From Raillietiella orientalis (Eukaryota): DNA of 64,000 nt. The notes under the pieces were generated by a model. That model made no database searches and was not told the origin of the DNA. It was given only the letters and a program-made list of their open reading frames with translations. Below are positions 38,388 to 49,880 of this stretch, piece by piece; the stretch's first letter is position 1, and each line of letters starts with the position of its first letter. Both the position numbers and the translations under genes were made by a program. Location of the stretch: the NCBI GenBank assembly GCA_036172245.1, contig JAYWIR010000016.1, positions 1,054,001-1,118,000 of the forward strand, given 5' to 3'.

Positions 38388-41300
38388 ATGACGTCGGCGG
38401 CATTCCTGTTTCCATGGATTTTTTCGTTCGCCTACTCCTTGCCGTAAGTAACCCACCTCAAGGGGATGCAGCATCCCTCGCGTCCTCGGTGTGACTCCTG
38501 CCCTGATGGTGGTCCTCTTCCGGGAGTTTCGAAAGATTGGCATCCTTCCTCCCCCCTTTCCCAGAAAGAAACAGTGAGAGAGAGAGAGAGGAGCTCGGAC
38601 CCACGGGGTCTCCTCTTCGTGCGAAGAAAGAAAGCAACACAAAAAAAAAAAAGAAAGAAACGTCCCCGTCCTTCCACCGGGTCAAGCACGCAGCTCGCGA
38701 AGAGCATCCAGACGTTTCCGAAAGCAGGATCCCCCGTACCTCCAAGACGACGCGACAGGGGTCGTTGCCCTTGGCTCCCCTCTCCTCCCCCCCCACGTCC
38801 GAATTTCCGGGGAATCGTGATTTGCTCTCTGTTATCTGGGAACAAACTGGTGGGCGGAACTGCGATAGGCGTCCTCCGCTGGACGCTCAAGAGTTCTTTG
38901 GAGGTCAGTGAGGGCTTCCAGTGGGAAGCTCGCGGAGGTGCCGAGAAGATCACCAAGGCAAATCGCCGATAGTCGGGTGATAAAAATGTCAACGGCATCC
39001 TCTCCCGCAAATATTTCCCTGTGCAAAACCACATCCTAAGAAATATACGAGGAACGCGATGACCTCACGCCGAAAGGTGCTCATCTGAGGCACATGTGTA
39101 CATTGCGCATACCACGCTCGTGCATAAGCAGTACACGTGTACATTCAGTGTACAGAGCCACGGAGGAAGGATGTACTCTCCCGTACTTATGCTACAGAAT
39201 ACGGGGTGAGCCCCACTTCAAACCGTCCGACATGGAGTCTGGGGGGCTTCGCGGCGTGACGTCAGCGTGCATGGCGATCAGCATGGCGGCCAACAATGCG
39301 ATGTCTGAACCTACAGTGTGAGCGACTTGAGGCCGCCCAGAGTGCGCTTGCGGCGGGGCGCGGCGGGACGCTACGGAATGGCGCTCCGAGGTGGCGCTCA
39401 CCAGCATTTGGGACATGCCGGCCGTGCGCAACGACGGTGGGCGCGCAACCCACGGAATGGAGACTGGGTGGGTGCAACGCCTGGGCGTCGGATGATTCTG
39501 GAGAATGGAGGACACAGGTTGATGGATTTGCCCTGCAGTCAGGAAGGAGGCAAACTGACCCGGACCCAAAAGGAAATGGCTCCGACGGATCGCTTGGGGA
39601 GCGACCAGCTGGTTTCCATTTGTACCGCCATGTGCGCTCGCTGGCCCGAGAGACCTGGAAAACTGGGCTGTGGAAGCCTCGAGCAAGACAGAACCTGAGG
39701 AAGGAGGATGGCGGAGGGCAAGGAGAAGACGCAAACGAGTCACGGTCCGTGCCGAGGGACTCTTCCGTCACGGAAGGTGGCGGCATTGCGAGCAGCGGCA
39801 GGAGCCTCCGGAGACGCGGATGCGGGGCGTTGCTCTTCGTCGCTCCAAGGCAAGCCGCAGCAATTTCTCAAAATGTGGCAAAGCATCTCGCACTGTGCAT
39901 CATCTCCGATTACCCCTCCCCTTCCTCCTTGAGGAGAGAGAGAGAGGGGGGGGGGGGGAATGCCATCCCGGATGTTTGCACTTCGCCCATCACGAGGTTC
40001 GGTCATTTCCTGGAAAATACGGGAGCACGGGGGATCTCGCGGATGCTTTCCGCGAGAGATCCCTTGAGATACCTGAGGCGCCTCGCCCAAGAAGACGCCC
40101 CGGAAGAGGCGCTCAGTTCTTTGTCCCCGGAAGGTACTCCGGGTTCAAGGAGCTAGAGGGTGCCTCTCCGTGCGGTATGACCGCCGACCTCCGCAGCCAC
40201 CTGCCGGGAGAAATGACCACCCGGTGGATCGTTTCGGGAGGTTCCGCAGACTCGCGAAAGGTTGCCACGGGAGGCACACGGCGACGAAGGTCTGCCGCGA
40301 ATAGCGTGAGAATGCGAGGGCCGAATTTCGGAAACCACTACCTGCTGCTCGCTCCCCCCCTTCCTGCTCCTCCTCCCAACTTCCACGAAAGTAGGCTACG
40401 GGGGGGGGGGGGGCAGCAGAGCGAGCAGAAAGCAAAGTTCTGGGAGTGACGTCACGATCGATCACGGTTGCCCCATCTCATTTTCGATTTTTTTTTTTCG
40501 ACTTTTCTCTTTTCGACCGCTTCTTTTCCCGCGACCTTCGCTCTTATCTGACCTACATGCTCAATCCGGCATCCCGCTGTTGCATCAGCAGCGGCACGTG
40601 CTCTCTTGGGAGACGGAGAGGCGGCGGCCAGCTCCCTCCGGAGTGTTCCTCTCACGGGGTGAGCGCAGAGGCAGCAACGGTCGCCCTCCCGGCTGGGACA
40701 CGGGAGGAACCCGGAAACCCTGAAGCCTTTTGAGCTTTTTGCAAGCACTTTCGTGGAGGCAGTGAGCCACTCCGGAGGGAGAAGAGAAGTAGGAACGAAG
40801 GAGGGAGGAGGATGGACCAACCACTTGCACAGCCGTTTCATGGGAACCCTAGCTGGCAGAGCGGGTCATCTGATTCTTGGATCCGATGAGCCAAGACCCT
40901 CACCCGTCACAGCCCGAAGACCCCTACGTGTTCTGAACAATCACGAGGAAAGGGGACGCTGTGGGGCGGCAGTAGGACCGTGGTGTGAGCAATGGCGCGA
41001 TCTGCGAGCGGAAGAGCTCGAAGGGAAACCGGTCTGCGAGAAGAATGGCAGGACAATCGAAGAGGAAGAGGAAAGGGAAGCTTCCGGTCGACTGGCCAAT
41101 CTTCCGACCTGTGTCCTGGGAGCAGGGACATCTTAAGCCTTCCCTTACTTCCTCTCGAAGGGAAGGGAAGGAGTTTCGGGATAACAGGAGATGTAGGGAG
41201 ATTTCGGATATAAGAGCTCCTGGAAAGAGCACCCGTCTGGAATCCTGAAAAGAAGGAACGAAAAGGAGGGGGGGAGGGGAGTCCGACAACGCCGAAAGCT

Positions 41301-44300
41301 CGCTTTTCCCGGTTCCAGGTGTGCCGTTTGCGGCACGAGAGCGTCACGGGTAGGAGACGCTCTGACAGCGAGCCGCCAAGGGAGGGAGGGGAGGAGGGAA
41401 AGGGGTACAGGAGGGGCTCTCCGCTGCCCCGTCTCAGCCTGTCTCTTCGTGATGGTGATCCGTTGCCCGGGACGTCCTTTTCGATGAGGAAGGAAGGTCG
41501 AGAAGAACCAGAAAGCAGACTGAGGATACTCCGTGAGAGGGCGTTTCACTGTATGGGAAGGGAGAAGGGAAGAGGGGAGGGAAGGAAGAGTGCAGAGCGG
41601 GTTGTTGGGCTGTCCACCACTGCGAGGGTGCAAAGGGCATGTAGGAGGAAGAGAGGAAACTTACCCCTGTGACCCCGCTAGGAGCACAGGGAAAGTCTGC
41701 CTTTTCCGGAACGCGGTTTCTTGGCGCAGGAATGTTCCCCTCCTCCCTGGGACCGGCTGGATTGCACCTGCCGTCTGGGACTCTCGCCCCATCAGATCTT
41801 CCATCTTCCCTTTTTCCAGTGATTACGTCATCGTCTCCCCCCGCGTCCTCCGGTCCAACTCGGATTTCCACGTCGCCATTAGCGTCTTCGGGGCCGAAAG
41901 GAACGTGGACGTGCTGGCGGAAATAACACAGCAGGACGAGGCCCCCGTCACCGTGTCACGGCAGCGGGTCTCCATAGAAACGAACACGACGCAGATCCTC
42001 CAGTTCCAGGTGGGTACGCTCTCCTCGCCGCAAAGGATCGCCTCTCTCGAAGAGTCCAGGGAACGAATCCGGGATTCGCGCGCTCCTGCACACCCCCGTG
42101 CGTCGCCGGCGAGCGAGTGCGTCGACTCTCCGGGGCGAAGCGCACGCATGCGTACGCGAAAGCGTACACGCTGGGAAGACATGCTGGATCTCTTCTTTAT
42201 GCGACTCGGCCGGCGTCTTTCTCCCTTTCAGTGCACGCGTGTGCACGTATGCATGCCTGAGGGTCGCCCCCAGGTGCCGTTCGCTCACGTGTACATTTGT
42301 ACGCGTGCTTACGATCCCTGTCCTCCCGTGAGCGACGGGCGTGTACGGCGGAAGCGCCTTCGCGGATCGACCCTCGCACCCTTGGGAATTCGCGCCTACA
42401 ATGGCGACCGGTCCTTGAGCTTCTTGCACGCCCGCTCGCATCAGCTCCTGCAGCTCCTCGTTCGCTTCGCGCGCCTCCCTGTCTGACCGCAAGGAGTCGG
42501 GAAAGCGAGACGGTGCTGGGAATCGGGCTTCCCCCTCGTCCTAGCTGTGGAGGCCACGCCACCTGGACTCCGCCACCCTATCTCCGCGTTCGGAGCTCCC
42601 CTATTCCTCCCTCTTCCTTTCGGGAGGCCCAGGCTTCTGTATCCCGCTTTTTTGAAGGCCAGTAACGACCTCCCGGGGAGATCGTTGCTTTTGGCCTGGA
42701 ATGGTGGAAATTCTTTTCGAACTCCCAAAAGAACCCCATAGGAAACCTCTCCCTTATTCTTTCCGGAGGGACCCTCCGAAAAGGATCCTCTCCCTGTTTC
42801 CTCATCTGGAGAGAATCCCGAAGGGACTCTTCCCGTTTTCTCTGAAGACCGCTCCCAGAAGGGAGCAGCGCGCTTCTCACAAGCTCTGGAGAGGCATCCT
42901 TCCAAAGGAGGGTATCAACGAGATCCGTGGCAGTCGGTGGAAGGTCGCCTCGAGGGGTAGAGTGGGAAGGACGCTGCCACATTTGCACAACTGGAGGGGA
43001 ACCCGAAGAGAACCGACTCCTCAGTTCCTGGAAGGATCCCAGAGGGTCAACTTTCAATCCCGGAGCCAGTCAACGGTGGCATCCTGTTTCCGGAAGCCAA
43101 CCGAGGCCAACTGGCGTCGGCCCTTCACAGAGGTGGGGAGGGGGGAGGTTCGAACTCGCGACGCCAGGTGCCGCCTGTGCCAGCTGCAGCCGCACGGCCG
43201 CCAGAGAGGGCCTTTTCTTGCTTTAGCTTCGAAATCCACGTGGACACCAACACGGCCTTCCTTAGCCAACACGTCTGCCGCCCGGGTCTGCTACTTTGCT
43301 TGGAATTCGGGCTACTCCTGAGGTGGAGCAGCCGCGCGCCAGGAGTTGGGGAACGCTCGCTGTCTCTTTCTACCCCCTACGCGCGCCGGCTGGATATTCC
43401 TGCTGACCCTCATCCCTGGAGTCGCTGTCCCGTCTCTTCATCCGTCCTTCCTTTCTTCGGCTTCATCCCGGACCGTCATAGTCGACGGAAATGGAAGTTT
43501 CCCGAGGCTGGCGCTAGGAAGAGGCGAGGAGAGAAGAATTCACCCGGTGGATGGATATGCGAGGGAGAGACACGGCCTCTCTCTGGCTCCCGGACCTCCT
43601 CCAGAAGCGTTTCCTTCCTGAGAGCACATGCCGGGTGCACGGATGAGCGCCGATCCCGCCTTGCTCGTGTCTTCTTTACCCCGCCTGGAGCACCTTCGTA
43701 GCGAATTTTCCTTGATGACCGGGAGAGGAACGAAGAAGGGTGAGAAATTTCTTCCTCCTCGCCACCCTCCTTCGCCTCTCGAAGCCTCCATTGCTTCCCT
43801 TCCATCCAGCTCCCCCTTTCCGTTTCTTTTTCCCCTGCCCTCTGGTATCCGGGAAAGATTCGCTAGAGTAGCCGATAGGCGCGCGGCACAGCCTGGCATC
43901 CTGTGCATTCACAGAGGGAGAGGGAGGGAGGGGGGAAAGGAGAGCTTGTGGACTGGATCGAGCCATCACGGCTGCCGCACGAGAGGGCATGGAGGGCTCC
44001 ATACGCGCTTCTGCTCATGACCTCAGGTCGTGCGAACGCTGGGACACTTTTTGCTCTTCCGGACGAGAGGTCGGCCAGGAAGAGGGAATGTTGTGGGAGA
44101 GGTGAAAGATTTTTCCCATAACCTCGGGAGAAATTCAGTTCATTGCTGCCAGAGAATCTCACGAACGGGGTGAGGATGAATGGAATTGGACAAGGATGAA
44201 TGGAGGACGATGGTGAATAGAGTAGGTCGAGATGAATGATAATGATGGTAAATGGAAATAGGACGAGTATGAATGGAGTAGGTCGCGTATGAATGGAATT

Positions 44301-47300
44301 GGACAAGGATGAATGGAGGACGATGGTGAATAGAGTAGGTCGAGATGAATGATAATGATGGTAAATGGAAATAGGACGAGTATGAATGGAGTAGGTCGCG
44401 TATGAACGGAGCAGGATGGTGAATAGAGTAGGTCGAGGATGGATAGAGTAAAACAAAGATGAATGGAGATAGGGCGAGTATGAATGGAGCAGGACGAGAA
44501 TGAATGGAAGATGATGGTGAATGGAGTAGGACGACGATGAATGATAATGATGGTGAATAGAGATAGGGCAAGTGTGGATGGAGTAGGAGGAGGATGAATG
44601 AGGAAAGGAGGACGAGGAAGGCAGTCAATGAGAAAGGGGAATGACAGGTCCGAAAACCTCTCGTCTCTTCGAGTTGCTCCCGATGTCGGAGAGATGCCGC
44701 CGGTCTCTCTCTCCAGACGACAAAGTTTGGCACTGTGCGGCAGATGGAGCCTGGAGTGGCGACGCTGCCGAAACAAGCGGTATGGACTCCCGTTCGCAAA
44801 CTGCGCGGAGGGATGGTCCAAGGTTTTCAGTTGGTCAGTGAGCTGCTGGGTGCGTATGCAGCGCCTCGTTGGAAGTAGGCCCTGCGGCGCGCGCGCCCAC
44901 TCGTCCTGGGTTGCCGTCGGTGATCCTCTCCGGCGAGCCCGAGGCGACGACAGAGAGCCGCTACAGCACCGCCTAGGGCGGCTTTTCGAGACTCGAAGAG
45001 CCACGAAATTAACGGCCGCATCGAATCTCGTGCACGCGCTTTCCGCCGACCCACGCAGCGGCTCGGGGAGAGGATGGGAAGCCGCCGCTCTGCTTGTGGG
45101 CGTCCGCTTTCTCTTCGCTCCCGTAGGAGACGTGGCGTGCTCTTGCTGACTCGGTCACGCCGACGCATCCTCAGGAACGCCAGAGAGCAGATGGGTAGGC
45201 TGCACGCTTCCAGGAGCACGCAGGGGCGCGATGGGGGTGCATTCTCTCGGCTGGAGCCAGGTGGGGAAAGAAAGGAAGGCAAGAGAAAGCTATTGTTGCG
45301 GCCCCGACCCGGAGACGAGACCAAGGGAACGTCTTAGATCCTCCCCCTATCCCATCTTCCTCCCACACGGGGTCAGGGGGCTTGGCTGGAACTGGGTCTC
45401 CCCACGGGTGCGATGAGTCGGGCGGACTTGGGATGCGCCCTTGGGAGCGCCAGCTGGTGGAGGAGCAGCCTGTGACCTGTAGCGGAGAGAACTCTGCCCA
45501 GCCGGAATCCCGGTAGTCTGTCACGGTGATGGCGGCTCCTCGCGCTCGGGCAATGCAGGAGAGGTCTCCCTCTCGGAGGACCTTGGCCGCGGCTCCCCTT
45601 TCCGGGACGGGGTGGGCGCACGCGGGGACAACGGTCGCCGGGAATTTTCGTGTTCTTCCTACCCCTTTCTCCTGCAAGACAAACATGAGTGCTCAGTTTG
45701 AAGGTCGATTCTCTCCCCTTCCCTCTGAATTCCCTCTGCTTGAGCATTCGCCGCGCCCCGCCCCGCTCCCAGAACCCGGATAGAGCGCTCAAACGCGGGT
45801 CATCCCTTCGTCCAGAGAGGGTGCTCTTCCTCGCCGCTGTCCTTCCCTTTCCTGGGAGCCTCAGGTCTCCTGCTCCCTCTCACCCTTGGCCTGCCGACGG
45901 CGTTCCGGTTTGCGTGGATGGGGGGAGCCAGTGGGAGGTGGAGATTTGGGGGGATCGCAGAACGGAACGGGGCCGGGTAGCCACGGAGACCCGGTCCAGC
46001 TGTGACATCTGGGGGCGCGTCTTGGGCTCACGCGCGTTCGCCGCTGCCTTTTCTTCCTCCTCTTCCCCTCCCTCCATCCTCCACGCTTCGCCCGTCGGCA
46101 CCCTCTCCAGCCCGCCCCCACCTCCCGCGAAAGCGCCTCGCCTCCTCGTCTCTGTCGTCGTCCTGGTGACAACACGGCTCGCCTGCGTTCTTCCCCTGAA
46201 CCTCCACCTACGTGGACGAGTTCCGGGCGTCCGAAACGAAGAGCCTCGGGGCTCCTCGCTGCAGAGGCGGGGAGCAAAACCAAGGTCATCCTTCAAAGGG
46301 GAGGTAGCGCGCACAGGGCAGGCAACCCAGGGGCTAGGATCGGGTGCGACCTTCCTCTCTTTGCAGAGGGAAGCTGTTCCCCCCTCCTTCCCTAAAGGAC
46401 CAGAGGAGGAAAAACGAAGAAGGGGGAGCCTCTTCCACGATCTCGGCTGCCCCGTCGGGGCGCTGCTGCGCTCTCCGACTCAGCATCCTGCTATCGCGCT
46501 GCTGCACACGTCCGCCGGAGCAGATTCTCCGCGTCGCCCGTGGAGACGCGTCCGTTCGGGCGCGCGCAGGCGCGCACCTACCAGCCTTCTGCGCGGGCTC
46601 GACGCCACCCGTGCCGGCTGCGGCGAGGCTGAGGCGCCCTCAGCTGGCGAGAGCTGAGTTAAGAGGAGAGCCGATCTCTCTCTCTCTCTCTCTCTCTGAG
46701 GCTGATGGCGGCTTCTCTTCCGACGGCCGGTGTCCAGTCTGTCAGACGCGAGCGCGGTCCTCCGTTTCGTTTCGTTCTTTTTCTGCCCGCGTTGGCGACC
46801 GCGTGGCTGCGGCGGCCTCCGCACGCGGCACCAGGCCGTCGCGGGTTCGAACTCCCAGGTGGAGAATCGACGCCGAGAATGGGGGGTGCGTCGTGGGTTT
46901 TGAGTCCCTCCTCCCTGCAGGATGACGCTGGTTGGCCCCACGGGCTTCGGGTGTGCTGAAGTAGTTGAGAGACAGTCACGCCGGGGCATTTATTTATAAA
47001 AGATAAACATACACATCTGTGGTAGGACGTTTGATCCTGCCACGATACTTAAAACTACGGGAAGGAACCTACCTGCAACCAGCAGGCAGGCCGGTGGGGT
47101 TCACCTCGGGGGATGCACGGGGGATGGGGAGACGAATAAAAAGAGAAAAAAATAAAACAAAAACATACAGTCAAAAAATGGGGGGAAAGGGTTCGGGAAG
47201 GGATCACTTTGTGCTGGCGGATGTCCTCTGTATCCTTTCTAAGGATGCTGGCAAGTCTCTGTTTCAAGACTCCCAGATTGGGTCATCTTGACGCCATTCT

Positions 47301-49849
47301 CATGATGAGACAGCAGGATAGATGGCGTCCCTGTCGTTCTGGCCTTCTCTGGCGTTGCTCCATGCAGCCACGGTCCCGCCGCGTGGGCAGCAAAGTGCTG
47401 CTGGGGATGTGGCCTGCGTGAGGGCATCGCTCAGGAAGAGGCTCTTTAAAACGTTTTTGGGGTTGTCTCCGGGGGTTCCAAGGGTCGCAGCAAAGCGTGC
47501 CTAAAGGGGCCGGAGGGCAACACAATCCACTAGGAGGTACAGGATGGATTCCTGCTCCCCGTACCTTGCACATTTTGGGTCTGCTCCTCCCTCCCCTGCC
47601 CAACGATGCTGGCGGGCGTTGCACGGGAGGTCCCAGTGCAAAAGCAGCAGAATTGCCGACTCCTGTCACTTTAAAGGGAGGGCTTAGGTGTTCATGAATA
47701 CCGGGGGTCACTGTAGCTCTTCCTCCGGAATACCTAGTAGCACACCCCAGAGCAAAAATCCATGAGGTCGAGCAATCGGTGCTACAGTGGTGGGAGCCGG
47801 AAACCAGATGTCCCTGTTGACTGGCCGGGAGTGGAAGTTGACCCTTTCGGGGGATCTTCCAGTTGGGCATTCACGGATCCGATTCCCTTCAGGATTCCCC
47901 TCCGGTTGTGAAAATGAAGCCGCCCTCCCTCCCCCCTCAAAGGGGAATCCTCCATCGCGTAAATGGAGTTCGTCGATACCCTCCTAGAAAGGTTGCCTCT
48001 CCAGAGTGTTGAGAAGCGCGTTGCTCCCTTCAGAGAGTGCCCTTCACCGAAATTGGGAAGCGTTACTTCGGGATTCTCTTCGGAGGAAACAGGGAGCGGC
48101 TCCCCTGCGGGTTTCCTTCAAAGAAGAAATCCAGAAGCGGATCCTTTCCGGATTCTTTTAAATGAAGACATGCGGAGCAGCTCTCTCTAGGGATCCCACC
48201 GGAGGGAATGAGGAAGACATGGTTCCCTTCGGGGCTCCCTCTCAAGCGTAGGAGGAAGGACTCCTTCCTCCTTCTGGATTCATAAGGTGGTTCCTCTCGG
48301 GTGACTCCTCATAAATTGAACAGTTACACGTGCCCTCGGGTGGAGTGGACAGTGTTGAAGAGCTTCGTGAGCCCTTCCCTAGGGAGTCGAATGGTGCTTC
48401 AGCACTCCTTGAGAACCAAAAAAAGGAAAAAAAAGGAAAACCTGGAAAAAAAAGGGAAAAAAAAGCTGGGAGGAAAGCGGAAACGGAAGAACCCGAAAGG
48501 ATCTTCACCATCCTTGGCCAACAGCAACGATCTTCCCATGAGGTCGCTACTAGCCTTAAGAGTGAACCCCCCCATATGACCGCTGAACGATTCGCCTTTG
48601 CTACCGGTGGCCATCTTGGGCAGCCGACAAAGCCCTCCGTTCAGGAGGGACCTTTGCAGGAGCTTGTGGTCCTGGTGAACGACGTAGGCGGTGGTCGTCA
48701 TCCCCTGGTCCCCTATCGAGGGCAGTCCCGGGAACGCGTTCCGACGTTTCATGGAGGGAGAAGGGAGGAAAGCAGCGCGCCTCCCCTTCTGCACGCCGAA
48801 GGAGAGTCTCCGCCACCTCGAAGTCCCTCGGGCCCTCGCTCGCGTGGGTCTCTATAACAAAAAGGCATACCTCCTCGTGTAGCGCGTATTGCCCAACGAC
48901 ATGTCTCTGCGGATCGCTAGGAGGCCAGACGGCGCCGAAGCTACTTCAATCCGGATGGAAAGGGGATGGATGGGTCGTCATCCTTTCGAAGGCATCTTCA
49001 CACTCTGAGGACTCGCCTTCGGCATCCCGTTCATCATAATCACTGCTTGTCCCGTCCCCATTCCTGCTGGAGGCACTGCGAAATCTCTTTTGTCAGTTTC
49101 CCGTCTTTCTCCTTCCCTCCGGCAGCTCCCGAGCGGCACAGAGTGCTCGTGGGTCTCGCGCATCCGTAGACTTCCGCGGTGTGAGTAGCGCTGCAGTCGG
49201 AGCGCGGAACCGGGGGCCACCCCCTGCCCCTCCCTCTGGAAAGCAGAGGGGAGGGGGCTGCAGCGAAGAGGGAAGCGAAGGGTTCTTACCGATTCCTCTG
49301 GTTTTCTAGGTGGGGGAGCTGAAACCGGCCAGGTACCGGCTGTCGATCTTCGGCAATGGAGGACTCCTGTTCAGCAACGTGACGGACCTCGTCCACTCGC
49401 AGCAGAGCCACAGGGTCTTCGTCCAGACGGACAAGGCGGCGTATCGGAATGGAGACATCGTGAGGCTGCGTCTGCTCATCGTGAACCTCAAGCTCAAGCC
49501 GAGCGTCATCGGCGCCGTCGACCTCAGTGTGCAGGTCTGCGACCCTGCCGGGGGGGCGGGTTGGTCGGAGAGGAAGGAACCACTGCTCGCAGGACGGGAA
49601 GAGGAACGTTGTAAAGCGGTGGAACCGGGTGTTCACCACCAAAGGGGTCATTGAGAGGAGCTTCCGGCTGTCCAGCAGGCCCGTCTTCGGGGAGTGGACT
49701 CTGAACATCCACTTCCTGGACCAGATGTTCTCGTCCAACTTCACCGTGGCGGAGTACATCCTGCCGAAGTTTCAGATCTCCGTGGACGTGCCACCGTACG
49801 TCACCTTCAAGAATTCCTCGATAGTCGCCAGGATCACGGCGAGGTGAGG

Positions 49850-49880
<31 letters not shown>

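Noticed and set aside
37750..38500. Extension of the Polinton polymerase remnant (YLRQGV, ETGMPP, WLLEV look-alikes on the minus strand)
   Set aside because: The best look-alike overlaps the TEP signal-peptide exon on the other strand, which shows such weak by-eye matches can be spurious.
44176..44625. CRISPR-like array, or the His/Ser-rich ORFs over the repeat
   Set aside because: There are no unique spacers or cas genes. It is a degenerate tandem repeat in an intron and the ORFs simply mirror it.
46952..47786. Solo LTR with TG...CA ends
   Set aside because: There is no matching TSD at those ends, and the terminal bases align with the host repeat. GTGCT-flanked boundaries fit better, though this is not fully excluded.
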